64,000 nt of DNA, from the NCBI GenBank assembly GCA_036785375.1, contig JAWMAR010000051.1, positions 3,038,001-3,102,000 on the forward strand, given 5' to 3'. Position numbers and translations under genes: made by a program. This DNA comes from Leucoraja ocellata. Lineage: Eukaryota. How positions within the stretch are numbered: the first letter of the stretch is position 1; each line of letters starts with the position of its first letter. Positions 61,101 to 64,000 of this stretch are shown piece after piece. The notes under the pieces were generated by a model, which made no database searches, had not been told where the DNA came from, and was given only the letters and a program-made list of their open reading frames with translations.

Positions 61101-64000
61101 TACATTAAACATTAATTTTATTAATTAAACATGAACGAACATTTAGGACCGCATGTGTGTTATTTTTAAAGTGAATCACCTGCCCAATCTCACTTTGTGG
61201 AAAAGAAATGTCAAAGAGGGAGCGCCCAATGCTTGAGCTACCAAATGTACACCATTGTTATTGAGTCATCCCAGCTGGACTCCAAATTTAATCCCAGGTC
61301 CCTCTTGAAATTATCTGGTTAGAGTTATGTTGGCAGTTGAAATACCACCATTGGTCTCAGTGCTCCAAGCCAAGGGAGAAAACAAATCAAGCAAATTTGC
61401 CGCCTGCAGCAAAAAAAATATGCATGATTGTTAAATGAAGACGGCATAGGGTTCTGCAATGATCATGAAATAACATGCCTGCACATATTACTCAAGCTGG
61501 TTCAAGAAGAATGGTTAGTTTCCATAGCACCATTATTGTCCTTGGTACTATACCTCAAGATGAATAATTATTTTTAGAGATGACAGAGAAGGGGAAAAAA
61601 ATGGTAAACAACACAAAGCAACGTAAAGATTGAGGATATGAACAGCTGGTGATATGTTATTTCATTTTGATTTCCTCAGTCATTTTATAGGATTTGGAAT
61701 CAGCGTAGTACATTTGTAAAAATTACATTTGACAAAATTGCAAATTTATATGTTCGTTCTTTAAATGCTAGGACATATGATTATCAAATCATATTAAATG
61801 CAAACGGAAAAGAAAATTAAATCACGGCATTTTTGAGAGTTTTTAAAACAACCTTAATAATTAATAAATACATCGTATAAATGAAATACTTCATTTTTTT
61901 TAACAATGTTGGGTAACTGCTACTTTGCCTAACTTGCTTCTAATATGAACTACAAAAAGCAGCTTAAAATCATGCTACACCAAAATTGATGTCACTGCTT
62001 CTCACAATAATGTAAAGCAGAACTGACCATTTTCCCTTTTAAGTGCTTACGCTAAAAGCAACTGTTCTCTCAAGAAAGCTCTGGCTGTTTCTAGGATACT
62101 TACACACGCACAATGACTCATGTTGGAATAGATTTTGTAAACATACAGCTGCACAGAATGTTAGCACAGCCCATTCAAGGCCAGAAGAAATGAGCACAAA
62201 TAAATATTAAGGAGGTAAGAAAACGTACAGCTCTGTCCCAGCAGCTCATGTGGCTCACCTCATTCTTTTAGCTTCAGCTTTGTTAAGACAGATGACATTC
62301 AATTCTACATGTCATGCAAAATAGACAATAACTGCTGAAACTTGAGCCAGCTGCCAGGTGTAAAAAAAAGAAAAGATGATAAATCCATAAATTAATGAAA
62401 GACATCTGCTCAGGAAAATAAAAGATCAGAGAAATACTGCACTGCAGCTGAACCTAAAGCAGTATTCAAACACCACACGAGTTTGTGTGTAGGCTGCATA
62501 CAGAGTTTTTACAAGGCAAATATGTAGAATTACCTGAGAGGCAGATGAGTTATGTCAGTGCAGGACAATGTAAAATTGCACAATTGGATTAAAGGCAGCA
62601 GCAGTGTAACTGGAACATTGCCATTTTTCCAATTCAGCCCGAGACTTTTTAAATCCATCCTTGACATGGACAATAAAGTTTTGTTTAAAAATAAATAATC
62701 AAAGCAGCATTTGCTTTATGTATCACTGTATGCCTATTGCTGCCAGAAAATAATTATTACAAAATTTGTGATCGAGTAGATAATTGCAGAATTTTAAGTA
62801 CAATTTCTAAATTCCATCTTGTTCAAGTTATCATCTTCTGCATTATTCCATATCATATGTAACGTAATCTTAGTTACCAGATTACTCGCAATTAAATATT
62901 TGGCACGGGACCAATGTTTGAAAGCATTAGAACTTGATTGTAGTTTCACTCCACCTGGTTCCTATTTATTATATTTTAGTTTATAACTCTAGGTGTCATC
63001 TTATTTTTTTGTTAGCTCCATGGAGATTGAATGTACTCGTCCATTAGCCTTGCCCCAAGCAGTAACTCAGCTCCAATGTGCTGTGTATTCTACAAGGTTA
63101 TTTTCTTGAGATGCAAAAGGAGGGTTGTGTCATGGAGGATCAAGGCTGAAATGTTGAGATAGCCATTCAACTGTTTCCTTTAACATTAGGGGTTGGGATG
63201 GTGGTGGGATAATTAGGGGAGGGGTTGCAGTAAAGAACCCCGGTCCAATTACTATCGTTCTATTCACGAGCTTGCAGAATATTTCACCATTAAGTTAAAG
63301 TAACTGAGATGCAACTGTGTGCAGCTGGACGTAATGGGTTTTAATACAATCATAATCTTTCTAGTTCAATAAGTACAAAATAGTACACAGTAAAAGTCAT
63401 TTCTCTTTTTGAGGACAATAAATTGTTACTATGGGAGTGAAATGGCTGAGCATCCTCTATTAGTTTAGCCAAATACCTGAAAATTCCTACAACATACTCC
63501 AGTCCAAAATTTGTGCATAGAGTAGGCCAAATTAAAGGGCAAGCAATATGTATCTTAACGCAACTTTCAAGGTAAGGTAATAAATTCATAGTTGCAATTT
63601 AAAAAGTGCATTTTCGTCACCTATGAAATATGTAACTGGCCATTTAATTCACGAAACACCGCAGCCTGCTGCTAAGCAACAATAAATGGTGCCGTATGTT
63701 ACTGACTCCTGTCAACAAATCTTTATAGTAAAAATAGAAGCTCTATTACTTCAACAAAGTGATAGGATAAAACAAAAGGAAAAGCTGTTTTGCGAACTGG
63801 CACTGAAATAGGAAAAATTGCTGTTGATGCACCATTTTGATACTGCATGAAATATTTTTGAGAGTTATCTGTTTGAAAAAGGGAAAAAAAGTACAGTAAA
63901 CCTTGTGAAAGAAGTTCAGTTTAGCTGAGCCCACTCTGATTGTGCTCACAAGCTTTTAAAATCATTTGCTTTGTATATACAAGGACAAAAGATTTCTGTG

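Overview
Eukaryotic, AT-rich, repeat-dense vertebrate genomic DNA with one 538-N assembly gap (30473-31010). The repeat repertoire (HE1/V-SINE-type tRNA SINEs sharing their 3' tail with CR1/HER1 LINEs, Rex1/Babar, Penelope, HERO) points to a cartilaginous fish, probably a skate or ray (inference). The only host gene I can recognise is PROX1 on the minus strand. Two internal coding exons of the homeo-Prospero domain are present (55339-55446, 108 nt; 45100-45294, 195 nt). The large upstream exon lies beyond the right edge, and the terminal coding exon was not found (it is left of the window or in the gap). The intron upstream of the 108-nt exon ends in AC with a U12 branch site (TTTCCTTGAC), i.e. 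a minor-spliceosome AT-AC intron, and GT-AG-type AGs lie 8 nt upstream and 6 nt downstream of it. The rest is intron. It holds LINE/SINE debris, young palindromic MITEs (Harbinger, hAT, Tigger-like), Penelope-derived fold-back insertions with long target-site duplications (TSDs) and hammerhead-core motifs, an internally deleted bipartite Rex1 element, a HERO-type RLE retrotransposon end with a structured 3'UTR, and several repeat-free candidate enhancer blocks. Nearly all ORFs in the supplied track are spurious or transposon-derived. Repeat boundaries are approximate unless a TSD is given.
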